Source: a virus
Taxonomy: Duplodnaviria > Caudoviricetes
Strand: one strand, 5' to 3'
DNA: 52,582 nt
IMG/VR virus record: IMGVR_UViG_3300013006_001903
Span: 1 to 52,582 of that record
Part shown: positions 9,550-18,976 of the stretch, piece by piece
Layout: the number at the start of each line of letters is the position of its first letter
How positions within the stretch are numbered: position 1 is the first letter of the stretch
Notes under the pieces: generated by a model
Databases searched by the model: none
Told to the model about the DNA's origin: nothing
Seen by the model: only the letters and a program-made list of their open reading frames with translations
Position numbers and translations under genes: made by a program

Positions 9550-10322
9550 TTTTTAACCATTCTAATAAACCATGAAGGTGGATCAATTTCCCACCACTTC
9601 TCACCTTGTTTCGACTGATAAGGACGAGTGTGATGATTATTATGCCATCCTTCTCCTAAACTCATAATATTTGCAATCCAGCTATTCTTAGCTGTGTCAT
9701 TAACCTGATGATTTATATAACCGTGTATATGTCCAAATACTGTAACTGCCGCTACTCCATTCAAACAACCAGTAGCCGGCATGGCGTATGCAAAAATTAC
9801 TAACCAGGGATTGATTAACAATAACAGTATAACATAAACAAAGATAACTTTAAAGTAATGTTTGTGCAAAAATACAATCAATGGATCTTTTATCACATCG
9901 CGAATCAACTTCTTGCTAATATCAGCTCTTTTCCAGTCGTATGTATATGCTTTCCACCAACCTATATGACGAGGAGAATGCGGATCCTTTTCAGTATCGG
10001 CATGTTGATGATGGTACCTATGTAATGCTACCCAACTAATGATGGATCCTAATGTAGCAAGTGTACCAATTACTGCTAATAATACTTCTACAGATCTGTA
10101 AGTCTTATATGTTCGATGGCTAAAATATCTATGATAGCCGGCGTTTGCCCCGATAACTCCAAAAATTAAAAACGATATGATAAATGTGGAAAAGTAACCT
10201 ATACTAAAATCAACAATAAGGTAACAAATGCCTATGATAGACAACAGGATGTTAACTAACTGTAGAGATTTAATTTGTGTATTGAAGTTTTGGTTTGAGA
10301 AAAAAGAAAACATATGTGTCAT
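9546..10322 (-). CDS. Membrane desaturase #9 (most canonical Delta-9/DesC-like)
   Basis: HRYFSH, WVALHRYHH, DPHSP, GEGWHNNHH, KWWEID. Confidence 0.9.
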   Translation of the reverse strand: MTHMFSFFSNQNFNTQIKSLQLVNILLSIIGICYLIVDFSIGYFSTFIISFLIFGVIGANAGYHRYFSHRTYKTYRSVEVLLAVIGTLATLGSIISWVALHRYHHQHADTEKDPHSPRHIGWWKAYTYDWKRADISKKLIRDVIKDPLIVFLHKHYFKVIFVYVILLLLINPWLVIFAYAMPATGCLNGVAAVTVFGHIHGYINHQVNDTAKNSWIANIMSLGEGWHNNHHTRPYQSKQGEKWWEIDPPSWFIRMVKK

Positions 10323-10369
10323 ACTCTTCAGTGTAGCACATATTTATTAGCAATTTTCTGGTTAAGAAA

Positions 10370-11299
10370 TTAAGTAGGGTGTAATAATTCTCTAACTAGT
10401 TCTTCGTAGATACTCCAACCTGGGGGTTGCAAAGAAAACTCAACAAAGGTATCTGTCGATTCTGTAAAGGGAGAAGAGTTGATTTCACCTAAAACCCAAC
10501 CATTGTCAGTTTCTAAAAAATCAATGCCTGCATGTTTTAAATTATATAGTTTACATATCTTTTTAGATATTTTAATTAGACTAGAGTCTACAGTTTTACT
10601 AATATCGTATGCCTTAGTTTGAGTGATAGTGTTCTCGTAGTTAAATTTCCAGTGAACTTCACTTCGTCTAAGGAAGGCTCTAATCATTTCGCCATTTAGC
10701 ATCTGTATACGTACACAATCAGAAAATTTATTATTTTTTGATACAAACTCTTGTACAAAGAAATCTTCGTAAGAATCTCCTAATGGAGACCTAGAGTTTA
10801 TTAGAGAGATCATAGAATACAAATCGCAAAATTCTAATAGATTTTTGATTAGATAGTGACCTTGTCCTAATCCGCTATTGGGAACTTTTACTACACAAGG
10901 ATATCCTATTTCTTGTTCAACTAATTTGGCAATATTTCCCGTCATGTTGTTTGTAGGACCTGCTAATGTGTTTAGATCCATATTTTTAGGAACTGGTATT
11001 CCTATATTGCCACAGTCAATCGCAGATAAAAATTTGTCATCTGCTCTTGCTGAATCTCTAACATGGTTGATAACATGTACACCCTTTGACTCTAATATAG
11101 TTAAAAATCTAAAATGCGACATGTTTACAGGACCCATCATGTTAAAAACTGCAATGGGAATCTTTTTGTTAAATTGCACACCGGGCGTTACTGGTGTAAC
11201 TTCTACTCCAAATTTCTGTCCGGCTTTTTTCCAGTCTTCCATTTCGCTAAGTCTATAGGGAAATACAGTTTGAGGTACATTAAAAGAAAGATAAATCAT
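10370..11299 (-). CDS. RimK-like ATP-grasp ligase
   Basis: DDK, GYPCVVK, GxGxG, VQEFV, GIDFL and EINSSP motifs. Confidence 0.8.
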   Translation of the reverse strand: MIYLSFNVPQTVFPYRLSEMEDWKKAGQKFGVEVTPVTPGVQFNKKIPIAVFNMMGPVNMSHFRFLTILESKGVHVINHVRDSARADDKFLSAIDCGNIGIPVPKNMDLNTLAGPTNNMTGNIAKLVEQEIGYPCVVKVPNSGLGQGHYLIKNLLEFCDLYSMISLINSRSPLGDSYEDFFVQEFVSKNNKFSDCVRIQMLNGEMIRAFLRRSEVHWKFNYENTITQTKAYDISKTVDSSLIKISKKICKLYNLKHAGIDFLETDNGWVLGEINSSPFTESTDTFVEFSLQPPGWSIYEELVRELLHPT

Positions 11300-11311
11300 G
11301 AAATTTTAATA

Positions 11312-11686
11312 TTATGGAGTATCGATAGGTACTTCGACACCTTCTGTTGCCAAATATATATCCGCCGGATGTACAATAATTCCAACAGAATTACAGTATT
11401 CTTGTCTTGTTACAAGCCAAGAACTCACAATAGGATCAGCTGACCAATTTGCAAAGTCAACAGGATCAACACCGTGATATAGACTGTTGTGGTATAGGGT
11501 CAAGCCGTCTTCACTTTCTGCCCATTCCTCTGATAATTTTCCTTGGCTTATGTAAGTAAGGTTATAGTATTCTTTTACATATTCTGGTATAACAGTAGTC
11601 CACCAGGGAATATTTACATTAGGTCTATCATATTTCCTAATAACCCTAAGATGAGGTGTTGACAATGTTTTAAATTGCATGGTCAT
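11312..11686 (-). CDS. Hypothetical protein
   Basis: 124 aa ORF with GGGAG SD, overlapping the end of acpS. Confidence 0.6.
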   Translation of the reverse strand: MTMQFKTLSTPHLRVIRKYDRPNVNIPWWTTVIPEYVKEYYNLTYISQGKLSEEWAESEDGLTLYHNSLYHGVDPVDFANWSADPIVSSWLVTRQEYCNSVGIIVHPADIYLATEGVEVPIDTP

Positions 11687-12002
11687 AATTTCTCCCCTGA
11701 AAATGTAACGTATTTATTGCAACAGCTACGCAATATTCGCGTTCGTGACTAATGCTGACGTATAGGTTAGGGTGTTCGAATACATAAGGCGCACCGTTTG
11801 TATGATTTAAGATAGAAAACTTTTTTGAACTATTTGTTAATTTAAATATAGCTTCTTTTGCAGCCCACCTACTGGCAATATATTGTAGATGATTCTTGCT
11901 CTTCTTTAATTCTGCTTTTTCAGATTCCGTCAATATCTTTTTTGACCAGAGGTTTATATTTTTTTTAAACCTGTTAATTTTAACTATATCGATACCAATC
12001 AT
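11670..12002 (-). CDS. acpS: Holo-ACP synthase (4'-phosphopantetheinyl transferase)
   Basis: MIGIDIV, SRWAAKEA, GAP, VSISHE motifs. Confidence 0.92.
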   Translation of the reverse strand: MIGIDIVKINRFKKNINLWSKKILTESEKAELKKSKNHLQYIASRWAAKEAIFKLTNSSKKFSILNHTNGAPYVFEHPNLYVSISHEREYCVAVAINTLHFQGRNYDHAI

Positions 12003-12003
12003 T

Positions 12004-12588
12004 TTAATTATAAACCATTTTTGATTTTGAAAATTGTATTACCACAATTGTTTTTTCATTTAGTCCATCCATACCAGCTAACAACTTTTTAAAACCTAAA
12101 TATTTAGATTTAGTATGGGGTTCTAAAATTTCAACCTCAGATGTCATATACTGGGGAAATTCTTCTAGCATTGCATCCTTTACTCTTTTCCATGTATACG
12201 AAAATCTGGTTACAAGAAATCCTGTGTAAATATTTTTACTTTCTGCAATCTCTATACATTTTTGCATAACAGTATTAAAATTTAAAGGTTGCTGTGTTCT
12301 CTTAGAAAATAACTGATCAGAATCTTCATATAGGAATAAAGGACTCCACGCTGGTATTGCTTCCCAAAATAGCATTACGCAAAATGCTAACAACTTTTTC
12401 TCTGCGTTTCGAACTCCTACAATGTGCATATTATAGTTTTCTAAAAATATTTTTTCAATAAGATCAAGTGCTCTGCGCTGTAACCCAGTTGCTACTGTAT
12501 CAACTCCGTAAATATACTGATGCTTTTTAACCAAACGAATGAGATCCGGTAAGTCTTCTTCAGTACATAGATAAGCTTCTCGTTGCAT
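12004..12588 (-). CDS. Hypothetical, possibly GNAT-fold acyltransferase
   Basis: 194 aa with an alpha/beta pattern (EEDLPDL..., LLAFC, CIEIAESKNI); weakly resembles 15175..15750. Confidence 0.45.
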   Translation of the reverse strand: MQREAYLCTEEDLPDLIRLVKKHQYIYGVDTVATGLQRRALDLIEKIFLENYNMHIVGVRNAEKKLLAFCVMLFWEAIPAWSPLFLYEDSDQLFSKRTQQPLNFNTVMQKCIEIAESKNIYTGFLVTRFSYTWKRVKDAMLEEFPQYMTSEVEILEPHTKSKYLGFKKLLAGMDGLNEKTIVVIQFSKSKMVYN

Positions 12589-12594
12589 ATAAAA

Positions 12595-12626
12595 TATTTA
12601 TGTGCTACAATAATGCTTTATAAATA
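12595..12626. promoter_or_regulatory. Divergent T4-like late promoter boxes
   Basis: ATAAATA on - (12601-12595), 6 nt before start 12588; TATAAATA on + (12619-12626), 4 nt before ATG 12631. Confidence 0.6.
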
Positions 12627-12630
12627 TTTT

Positions 12631-13470
12631 ATGTTTGATAAACCTCCAAAGATTTTTGCACATGTTAGTGCATTGCATGACAAAAATTTTGTAGTACCTG
12701 AATATATTTTAAATAAACAGGACGACACTGTAAATTTGTTTCATAGATTTTGTCCGCACAGAATGTATCCGTTAGCAGAGCCCGGCTTCCACGTTGAAGA
12801 GATTACCTGCAAGTTTCATGGCTTACAATGGGATAAAAACGGTATCCCAATTAACAATTCAAAAAAATTAAATTGTGGAACTGCAACTGTTGGTCGATCA
12901 GGATTGGTATTTAAAGATTTTATAGAACCAGATCATCGATGGGTTGATGATCTAGAAAAAGAAACAACACTGGTATATAGTCATTCTCTTCAAGGTAAGA
13001 GCGAAGGAAGCTGGCTATGGCTTATGGATGCCGAGGCTGATTACTTACATGTACAAAAGAATGGAATTCATCCACGGCTTTCAGAACAGATTGATTTAGA
13101 TAATACTGTTATGGATCAGGGTGACGGATGGATATTCCAAGAACACACCCCCGGCTGGTGGTCAATTTATATCTATCCTTATACCTTTGTTGAGCATAAG
13201 AACGGATGCTTGTCGGTAAACACTATTATCCCTGCAGACAAAAACACAGAATGGAAATTTGAATGGATCACACAATTTTATTATGCTCCTAATGTTTCAC
13301 ATAGCGATCGTACTGAATTTGAAACATTAGAAACTGTGTTTAAGGAAGATGTTGCTGCAATTGAAAAGATAAAAACAAAATTCTTTCCTGTTATCGAATC
13401 ACAATCAAAATACGAGCAGCATTGTATACATTGGGGAAAGTGGGTCCAAGAACACTTAATTAAGGATTAA
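12631..13470 (+). CDS. Rieske non-heme iron oxygenase alpha subunit
   Basis: CPH...CKFH Rieske ligands; DAEADYLHVQKNGIH mononuclear Fe site; EDVAAIE. Start placed at MFDKPP, just after the late box. Confidence 0.85.
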   Translation: MFDKPPKIFAHVSALHDKNFVVPEYILNKQDDTVNLFHRFCPHRMYPLAEPGFHVEEITCKFHGLQWDKNGIPINNSKKLNCGTATVGRSGLVFKDFIEPDHRWVDDLEKETTLVYSHSLQGKSEGSWLWLMDAEADYLHVQKNGIHPRLSEQIDLDNTVMDQGDGWIFQEHTPGWWSIYIYPYTFVEHKNGCLSVNTIIPADKNTEWKFEWITQFYYAPNVSHSDRTEFETLETVFKEDVAAIEKIKTKFFPVIESQSKYEQHCIHWGKWVQEHLIKD

Positions 13471-14376
13471 CTTTCTTAATTCTTCTTCAGTGTATTCGTA
13501 GTGAGTATTAGATGCTTGATCCATATATGTTGTCTGAAAGTGAATCATAAAATCTGGACGAGTTACTATAGGATCTCCGTCTGCACCTTCGTATCCTACT
13601 AATTTTATTTTATCTTGTACATCGGGCCAAATACTCCTATGGATAGCAGACCTGCTACTCCATGAACTAATCTTTCCCGGGATTTCGTCGTTGAGTAATT
13701 TTTTAACTAACGGTACTTCATTGTACGACAATAATAATTCGGGTGTATATTCATACCAATCTCCTATTGCTATTCTACCAATTGATTTAGCATAAGTAGA
13801 ACACGAGTATCCGTCTTCGTTTAAAATTAATCTCCATGTAGATTTCTTACTAAAATCTTTATTTGCATCCCTGCGCCAGTACGGTTCACCGTCGCAAAAA
13901 ACTGGAATATTATCAAGGTAATCGAACCATGCGAGTCTTGCTATTCTTCCTGCTCTTGGAATTAGGGTCTTTTGAAATAAATCAAAGGCATCGTTTTCAA
14001 AAAATTTTTGTAAATTAAAATCTATTATTTTATAATTAATGTTTAGATCTTTACAGAGGGCAACGGCACAATTCACATCTCGAATATTATAATTATTCTC
14101 TAATCTAAAAATAAATGTATTGTGTTTAATTCCTACAGCATGAAATGTTCGCACAACCATTTCGCTGTCAACTCCACCTGATAACATTACATCAAATGGT
14201 TCATTATACGAATCTCGCATAATCCGGGCATTATTAAATAATGCATCTCTATAAGAAGGAAGATTTTTATCTATTTGTTTATTAAAATGAATTTTAAAAA
14301 TAGAATTTGAATCAGACTTTTTGCCATATTCTACAGCATCAAAACTGTAGCTCATCCATTGATTGTGTCGTTCCAT
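13456..14376 (-). CDS. PP-loop adenine-nucleotide alpha-hydrolase superfamily enzyme (asparagine-synthase-like)
   Basis: VMLSGGVDSE PP-loop. Confidence 0.65.
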   Translation of the reverse strand: MERHNQWMSYSFDAVEYGKKSDSNSIFKIHFNKQIDKNLPSYRDALFNNARIMRDSYNEPFDVMLSGGVDSEMVVRTFHAVGIKHNTFIFRLENNYNIRDVNCAVALCKDLNINYKIIDFNLQKFFENDAFDLFQKTLIPRAGRIARLAWFDYLDNIPVFCDGEPYWRRDANKDFSKKSTWRLILNEDGYSCSTYAKSIGRIAIGDWYEYTPELLLSYNEVPLVKKLLNDEIPGKISSWSSRSAIHRSIWPDVQDKIKLVGYEGADGDPIVTRPDFMIHFQTTYMDQASNTHYEYTEEELRKLILN

Positions 14377-14396
14377 TAGTTGGTTCTAATTATTCA

Positions 14397-15194
14397 TTAA
14401 ATTTTAATTAGTTTAATTACAAGTGCTGAAATATCAATTTCCCACCACTTATCTCCAAAGTTAAATCTCTTAGGATATCGATGGTGATTATTATGCCATG
14501 CTTCGCCCCAACTAGGAATAGCCCATAACCAGTTATTAGTACTTTGATCATTTAGTGAATGCGACCTATATCCGCCCAGCCAATTTGGTTTGTGACCTAC
14601 ATAGTTAACGACATTGCTCATAATAGCAGTTATTGCAGCCGGCATCCAATGGAAAAATACCATCAACCAAAATCCCCCAATTAAAAATAGTACAAGGCTA
14701 TAAGTTGCAATAATAAGAAAATAATATCTGTGTAAGAATTGTTGATATCTGTCAGTTACTAATGCTCTCATTCTCCATTTTGTATCCTTGTCAACTTCGC
14801 TTATATAATCCATCATAAAGATTTTTACACCTTTATATAACGGACTATGCGGGTCGTTGGGCTTATCACTCTTTAAGTGATGGTTGATATGAATAGCTAC
14901 CCATGCAAGTGGACTACCAGTTCCTGCAAAACATCCTAATAACGAAAATAATTTAGTTAGCCAAGGAAATGTTTTATAACTGTTATGCGTCATTTGCCTA
15001 TGATATGTTACTACAATTCCGAGACATCCATAGATAAAATAGCCTAACAAAATTAACGATAGTTCAGTTGTACCGATACCGTAGATATATGTACCTAATA
15101 TTGATCCTACTAATGTTGTAATTAAAAATATCTGTGCGCCAGCAGTGCTGCTTGAAAAATAATTCTTCATGAAATTATTTAGTATGCGGATCAT
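14397..15194 (-). CDS. Membrane desaturase #10 (start may be 15170)
   Basis: HRQMTH, WVAIHINHH, DPHSP, GEAWHNNHH, KWWEID. Confidence 0.9.
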   Translation of the reverse strand: MIRILNNFMKNYFSSSTAGAQIFLITTLVGSILGTYIYGIGTTELSLILLGYFIYGCLGIVVTYHRQMTHNSYKTFPWLTKLFSLLGCFAGTGSPLAWVAIHINHHLKSDKPNDPHSPLYKGVKIFMMDYISEVDKDTKWRMRALVTDRYQQFLHRYYFLIIATYSLVLFLIGGFWLMVFFHWMPAAITAIMSNVVNYVGHKPNWLGGYRSHSLNDQSTNNWLWAIPSWGEAWHNNHHRYPKRFNFGDKWWEIDISALVIKLIKI

Positions 15195-15750
15195 ACCCTT
15201 TAAGTTTTCTAGCTTTTATAACAATGTTATCTGGTTTTAATTCTTGTCCCATTAATCTCCAATACAATTCATATTGAGGTTTTGTATTCGCCGGAACAAC
15301 GTCTAAAGTTATTAAATCGTACCTTCCATTAAAACCCCAAGGGTTCTTTTTCCACTGGCGTTCATATACACGCTCTAAACGTTCTGCAATGCAGTAAAAA
15401 TACTGAAAGTAGCCTTTTTCTTCAGCCATTTCAAATGCATATTTAAACAATAACCCAAATTCGGGTCTACTAAAACTAAAGCGCTCTTTAAACACAGTAG
15501 TAAATAATCCTGTTATTGCCCAAAATTTTCCGCGCATTTTACTTTCATAAAAACCAATGCTGACCCAGCTAACTAAGTTGTTATTTTCAAAATATCCAAT
15601 ACTTATTAAGTTATCCGAATCTTTCATTAGTTGACGACACTTCTCGGTAGATACTGGCCGAGTACCGCCCACTTTTTTATTCGATAATGCAATTCTAACG
15701 CATTCATCGGTGTACTCGGGCCCAAGTATTTGAACACCAGTAGTTATCAT
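15175..15750 (-). CDS. Hypothetical, possibly GNAT-fold
   Basis: ISIGYFENNNLVSW; AFEMAEEKGYFQYF resembles GNAT beta4/alpha3; translationally coupled between two desaturases. Confidence 0.45.
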   Translation of the reverse strand: MITTGVQILGPEYTDECVRIALSNKKVGGTRPVSTEKCRQLMKDSDNLISIGYFENNNLVSWVSIGFYESKMRGKFWAITGLFTTVFKERFSFSRPEFGLLFKYAFEMAEEKGYFQYFYCIAERLERVYERQWKKNPWGFNGRYDLITLDVVPANTKPQYELYWRLMGQELKPDNIVIKARKLKGYDPHTK

Positions 15751-16499
15751 TTTTTAATTAAGTTGATAATAGCTGCTGCTGGATCTATTTCAAAAGATTT
15801 AATCTTGTGGCTTATTAATGCAGGATTCTTATGATGATTATTGTGCCACGCATCGCCCATTATGAAAGGAAACAAAAATACATTATTAGTGCTGTTATCA
15901 TTAGTTTCAAAATTTCTATAACCAAATGTATGACCGAAATAGTTAAACGAATTTTGAGAAACCTGTACTAACACCACAGGCAATGCCCACAAAAAATACA
16001 GTAGTTGAATATCAACAATTGCCAAAAGCAAAATATAAAAAAATACATATAGTAGATAATGTTTGTTAAGGTTAAGTTGCTCTTCTGTCATCAAATCCTT
16101 GACAAGAAATTTATTAATCTTATCACTATGATTAGTGAGATGTTTCAAGCCAAATAATTTAAATCCTAAATTTTTTGGGCTGTGCGGATCTTTATCTGTG
16201 TCGCTAAATCCGTGATGTAGTCTATGAATGTATACCCAACCGATCGGGCTACCTCTGCACATGATTACGCTGACAAACGTAAACAACTTTTTTATTATAC
16301 CGTATCTAAATTCAAAACTCTTATGTGAATAATATCTGTGCAGGGTAATGCTTATGCCTACTATATTAAAAATATAGAACACTAACACTGTAGATGTTAT
16401 AGATAAGGCAGTAAAGTCTACACCGAAGAACCCAATAATTGTAATTATTATTGCAAGTAATTGTAATTTTGATACAGCAGAGGAACTGGCAGAGAACAT
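15747..16499 (-). CDS. Membrane desaturase #11
   Basis: HRYYSH, WVYIHRLHH, DPHSP, GDAWHNNHH, FEID. Confidence 0.9.
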   Translation of the reverse strand: MFSASSSAVSKLQLLAIIITIIGFFGVDFTALSITSTVLVFYIFNIVGISITLHRYYSHKSFEFRYGIIKKLFTFVSVIMCRGSPIGWVYIHRLHHGFSDTDKDPHSPKNLGFKLFGLKHLTNHSDKINKFLVKDLMTEEQLNLNKHYLLYVFFYILLLAIVDIQLLYFLWALPVVLVQVSQNSFNYFGHTFGYRNFETNDNSTNNVFLFPFIMGDAWHNNHHKNPALISHKIKSFEIDPAAAIINLIKK

Positions 16500-16503
16500 A
16501 GAG

Positions 16504-16543
16504 ATATTTATATTACGTCATTTTCGTTTAATAAGAATATAGG
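16504..16543. repeat. 40-bp imperfect direct repeat, copy A (gene 3' end plus TATAAATA)
   Basis: 37/40 identical to 17079..17118 by manual alignment. Confidence 0.85.
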
Positions 16544-17062
16544 ATTAGGATAGAATCCTAATGTTAGTGCTATTCTAGGAACAACTTTTTCATCTATATG
16601 TACCGTATGAGCTTCGCTTACTCTTAGTACTGTGGCCTGTGTTAACTCAATACGATCAGCTAATTCGTAGTCATCGTTAGACACTCGATAGCTAATAATT
16701 CCTGTATCTGGGTTTTTCCATTTAGTAGTTATTACATTTTTGTAAAATTCAGTATAAGTATTATTGCAGTTTAATAATGGTATGTTTATTCTTGCTAATG
16801 GGTAACTAGTATCTTTATGTATTGCAGTATGTGTTGCTTTATACATTACATATACTGCCGCCCGTATACACTGTAAATCTAATTCTTTAAAAGATTTTTT
16901 AATTTCTGGAACCTGCTCTAAAAAATCTGCAAGTCTTAATTCATAAAAACTTGCAGCAGGCCGTTGTCTATAAAATATTTCAGGAATTTGTTTGACATAA
17001 TTTAAACTATGATTTACAATTTCATCATAGTATGATATGTTAATTTTCTTATAGTATAACAT
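16508..17062 (-). CDS. Small Fe(II)/2OG-type (DSBH) oxygenase-like protein
   Basis: IHKD...RINIPL...LRVSEAH...RIALT (HxD...H...R). Confidence 0.6.
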   Translation of the reverse strand: MLYYKKINISYYDEIVNHSLNYVKQIPEIFYRQRPAASFYELRLADFLEQVPEIKKSFKELDLQCIRAAVYVMYKATHTAIHKDTSYPLARINIPLLNCNNTYTEFYKNVITTKWKNPDTGIISYRVSNDDYELADRIELTQATVLRVSEAHTVHIDEKVVPRIALTLGFYPNPIFLLNENDVI

Positions 17063-17078
17063 CAGATAGTATACAAAA

Positions 17079-17118
17079 ATATTTAGATTACGTGATTTAC
17101 GTTTAATAAGAATATAGG
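17079..17118. repeat. 40-bp repeat copy B (orphan 3' end of a paralogue)
   Basis: Matches 16504..16543 with 3 mismatches. Confidence 0.85.
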
Positions 17119-17143
17119 TAGTAATATTCTTTAACCAACTGTT

Positions 17144-17680
17144 TTATCTACTTATTATATAAGGTGAAAGTTTCTCTAATATATTAGTTTTCACAGTTGA
17201 TCGTATACTTACACACCAGCGTCCTTTATCAGGACTGTAATTATGAACTGAATGTGGTATGTCTGTTCTTACAAGACATAATCCTTTAATTTCGATTTCT
17301 TCTATAACCTCAACTTGATCTGAACTATAGAAAAAATACGGAGTATTAGCAGTAGTCATTGACATCTTAGGTATACTTCCTTTTTTAATCGAGTACCATT
17401 TCATAACAGAATTGGAACTTCCCCAGGCATAATTAATAGCCCAGCCGCCTGCAAGATTGTCTACATGGATATGTGTTGAGTTAGCAGGATGCCCATAAAA
17501 TAAATTAACAAATAACGGAATATCTAGGGGTGATAAGAAATCGATCATTTCAGGTGATAGTATATCTCCCTTATTAGGAAATTTATGAGTTAACCAACCT
17601 TCTCCCGAAGTGTAATTGTTTTGTTTAAAATTTTCAGCAATTACCGGTTTGTTAAAATTAATTGGATAGTAGTTGTTCAT
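17144..17680 (-). CDS. Small Fe(II)/2OG-type oxygenase-like protein
   Basis: IHVD...AINY...VRTDIPHSV.N...RWCVS. Confidence 0.6.
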   Translation of the reverse strand: MNNYYPINFNKPVIAENFKQNNYTSGEGWLTHKFPNKGDILSPEMIDFLSPLDIPLFVNLFYGHPANSTHIHVDNLAGGWAINYAWGSSNSVMKWYSIKKGSIPKMSMTTANTPYFFYSSDQVEVIEEIEIKGLCLVRTDIPHSVHNYSPDKGRWCVSIRSTVKTNILEKLSPYIISR

Positions 17681-17684
17681 TAGT

Positions 17685-17696
17685 TAAATATTTATA
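17685..17696. promoter_or_regulatory. Overlapping divergent late boxes in a 15-bp gap
   Basis: TAAATA on + (17685-17690) and TATAAATA on - (17696-17689), between starts 17680 and 17696. Confidence 0.6.
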
Positions 17697-18298
17697 TGAC
17701 ATACCAAGTAGTATCTTTCTACTCATTAACTCCAAACGAAAAACAAAATTTTTATATGTTTTGTAAGGAGCAATCAACTGAAGTATCGAAACCTGCTGCA
17801 ATAAACATGTGGCACGATGATTGGATAATGCACAACTATACCTTACCGTATGTGCTAGAAATAGGTTTACGGTTTCAAAAACCACTGGGAGATTTTAACA
17901 TAATAATGTTAGATTCTAATTTTGTAGCCTGTGGTGGTATATATCAAAGTGAATTTTGCAGTGATATTGCTATTGCAGGATGCAGGACCTGGGTGTCAAA
18001 AGAATTTAGAAACAACAATCTAATAAGAGATTGGTTGCTTCCTGCTCAGAAACAATGGAGCATAGATAACAATTATAAAATGGTATGTCTGTCTTTCAAT
18101 GAGTATAATAGAAATATTATTAATACATTTAAAAGGACAAGATTGGGAGAGAACAGATTGCCCAGGCAGCAGTATCACTTATTTTATAATAATTTTAATG
18201 AGGTTGATTTCCCTGTGACAATACAGTACACTAAGCAATGGATTATCTATGAAAAATTAGATTCCACTTTTAATTTCGATTGGACTACTATCAAATGA
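17696..18298 (+). CDS. GNAT-like acyltransferase
   Basis: FVACGGI, RTWVSKEFRNNNL (degenerate acyl-CoA motif A), LSFNEYN. Confidence 0.55.
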   Translation: MTYQVVSFYSLTPNEKQNFYMFCKEQSTEVSKPAAINMWHDDWIMHNYTLPYVLEIGLRFQKPLGDFNIIMLDSNFVACGGIYQSEFCSDIAIAGCRTWVSKEFRNNNLIRDWLLPAQKQWSIDNNYKMVCLSFNEYNRNIINTFKRTRLGENRLPRQQYHLFYNNFNEVDFPVTIQYTKQWIIYEKLDSTFNFDWTTIK

Positions 18299-18900
18299 TT
18301 CCCGTATCAGTACCATTAATTTTTCCTAAGGTTGAACCCAATGACTGGGAAACCTGGAATAAAGTGTGGGAAAAAAATAAACAATATGTTACAAAATCAT
18401 CACAGACAAAAAATATAGGACAAGTTCATTGGTTGGGGTTTGACATTTATGTTAAACCAGGTGTAGATGCAACTGATATTCTGCCATACTTATGCAAGAA
18501 TGTGAACTGTCCTGAACTATTTCCGTCGCTGTTTGATAACTTAGATAAACTACCCATTGAAGTGCATGTAGTTCGGGTGTTGCAAAGTTTTAGTAAGGTC
18601 TATGCTCATCGAGATTTTGCATCAAGGACGGGATATAATTCAATAAGAAGTTTATTAATTGACAACAATCCAACACAAACTTGGTGGTATGAGGATGACA
18701 ATGCCAATAAGCATTATCTAAAATTACCGGAAGATACTAACACATGGTGGTATGATGATGCAACAGTAAAACACGGGACTGATTTTAATCCTCAATACAA
18801 AAAACAACTAATTATGTACCAGGGATTAGTTAAAGACTCTTTAAAATCTGCATTAACAGATAGTATACAAAAATATTCAGATTATGTCATTTACATTTAA
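18295..18900 (+). CDS. Fe(II)/2OG-type oxygenase-like protein
   Basis: AHRD...NTWWYDD..KHGT; ATGA coupling to the upstream gene. Confidence 0.5.
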   Translation: MIPVSVPLIFPKVEPNDWETWNKVWEKNKQYVTKSSQTKNIGQVHWLGFDIYVKPGVDATDILPYLCKNVNCPELFPSLFDNLDKLPIEVHVVRVLQSFSKVYAHRDFASRTGYNSIRSLLIDNNPTQTWWYEDDNANKHYLKLPEDTNTWWYDDATVKHGTDFNPQYKKQLIMYQGLVKDSLKSALTDSIQKYSDYVIYI

Positions 18901-18924
18901 TAGTGATATTTTAAGACAACTGCC

Positions 18925-18976
18925 TCATCTACCTATTATATAATGTGAAAGTTTTTCTAATATATTAGTTTTTACA
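18925..18976 (-). pseudogene. Orphan 3' end of a paralogue of 17144..17680 (direct repeat)
   Basis: 47/52 identical to 17144..17195; encodes VKTNILEKLSHYIIGR* versus VKTNILEKLSPYIISR*. Confidence 0.85.

Noticed and set aside
11433-11461. 12-bp match TGCAAAGTCAAC shared with 45658
   Set aside because: Short, one copy is inside a CDS, and plausible by chance.
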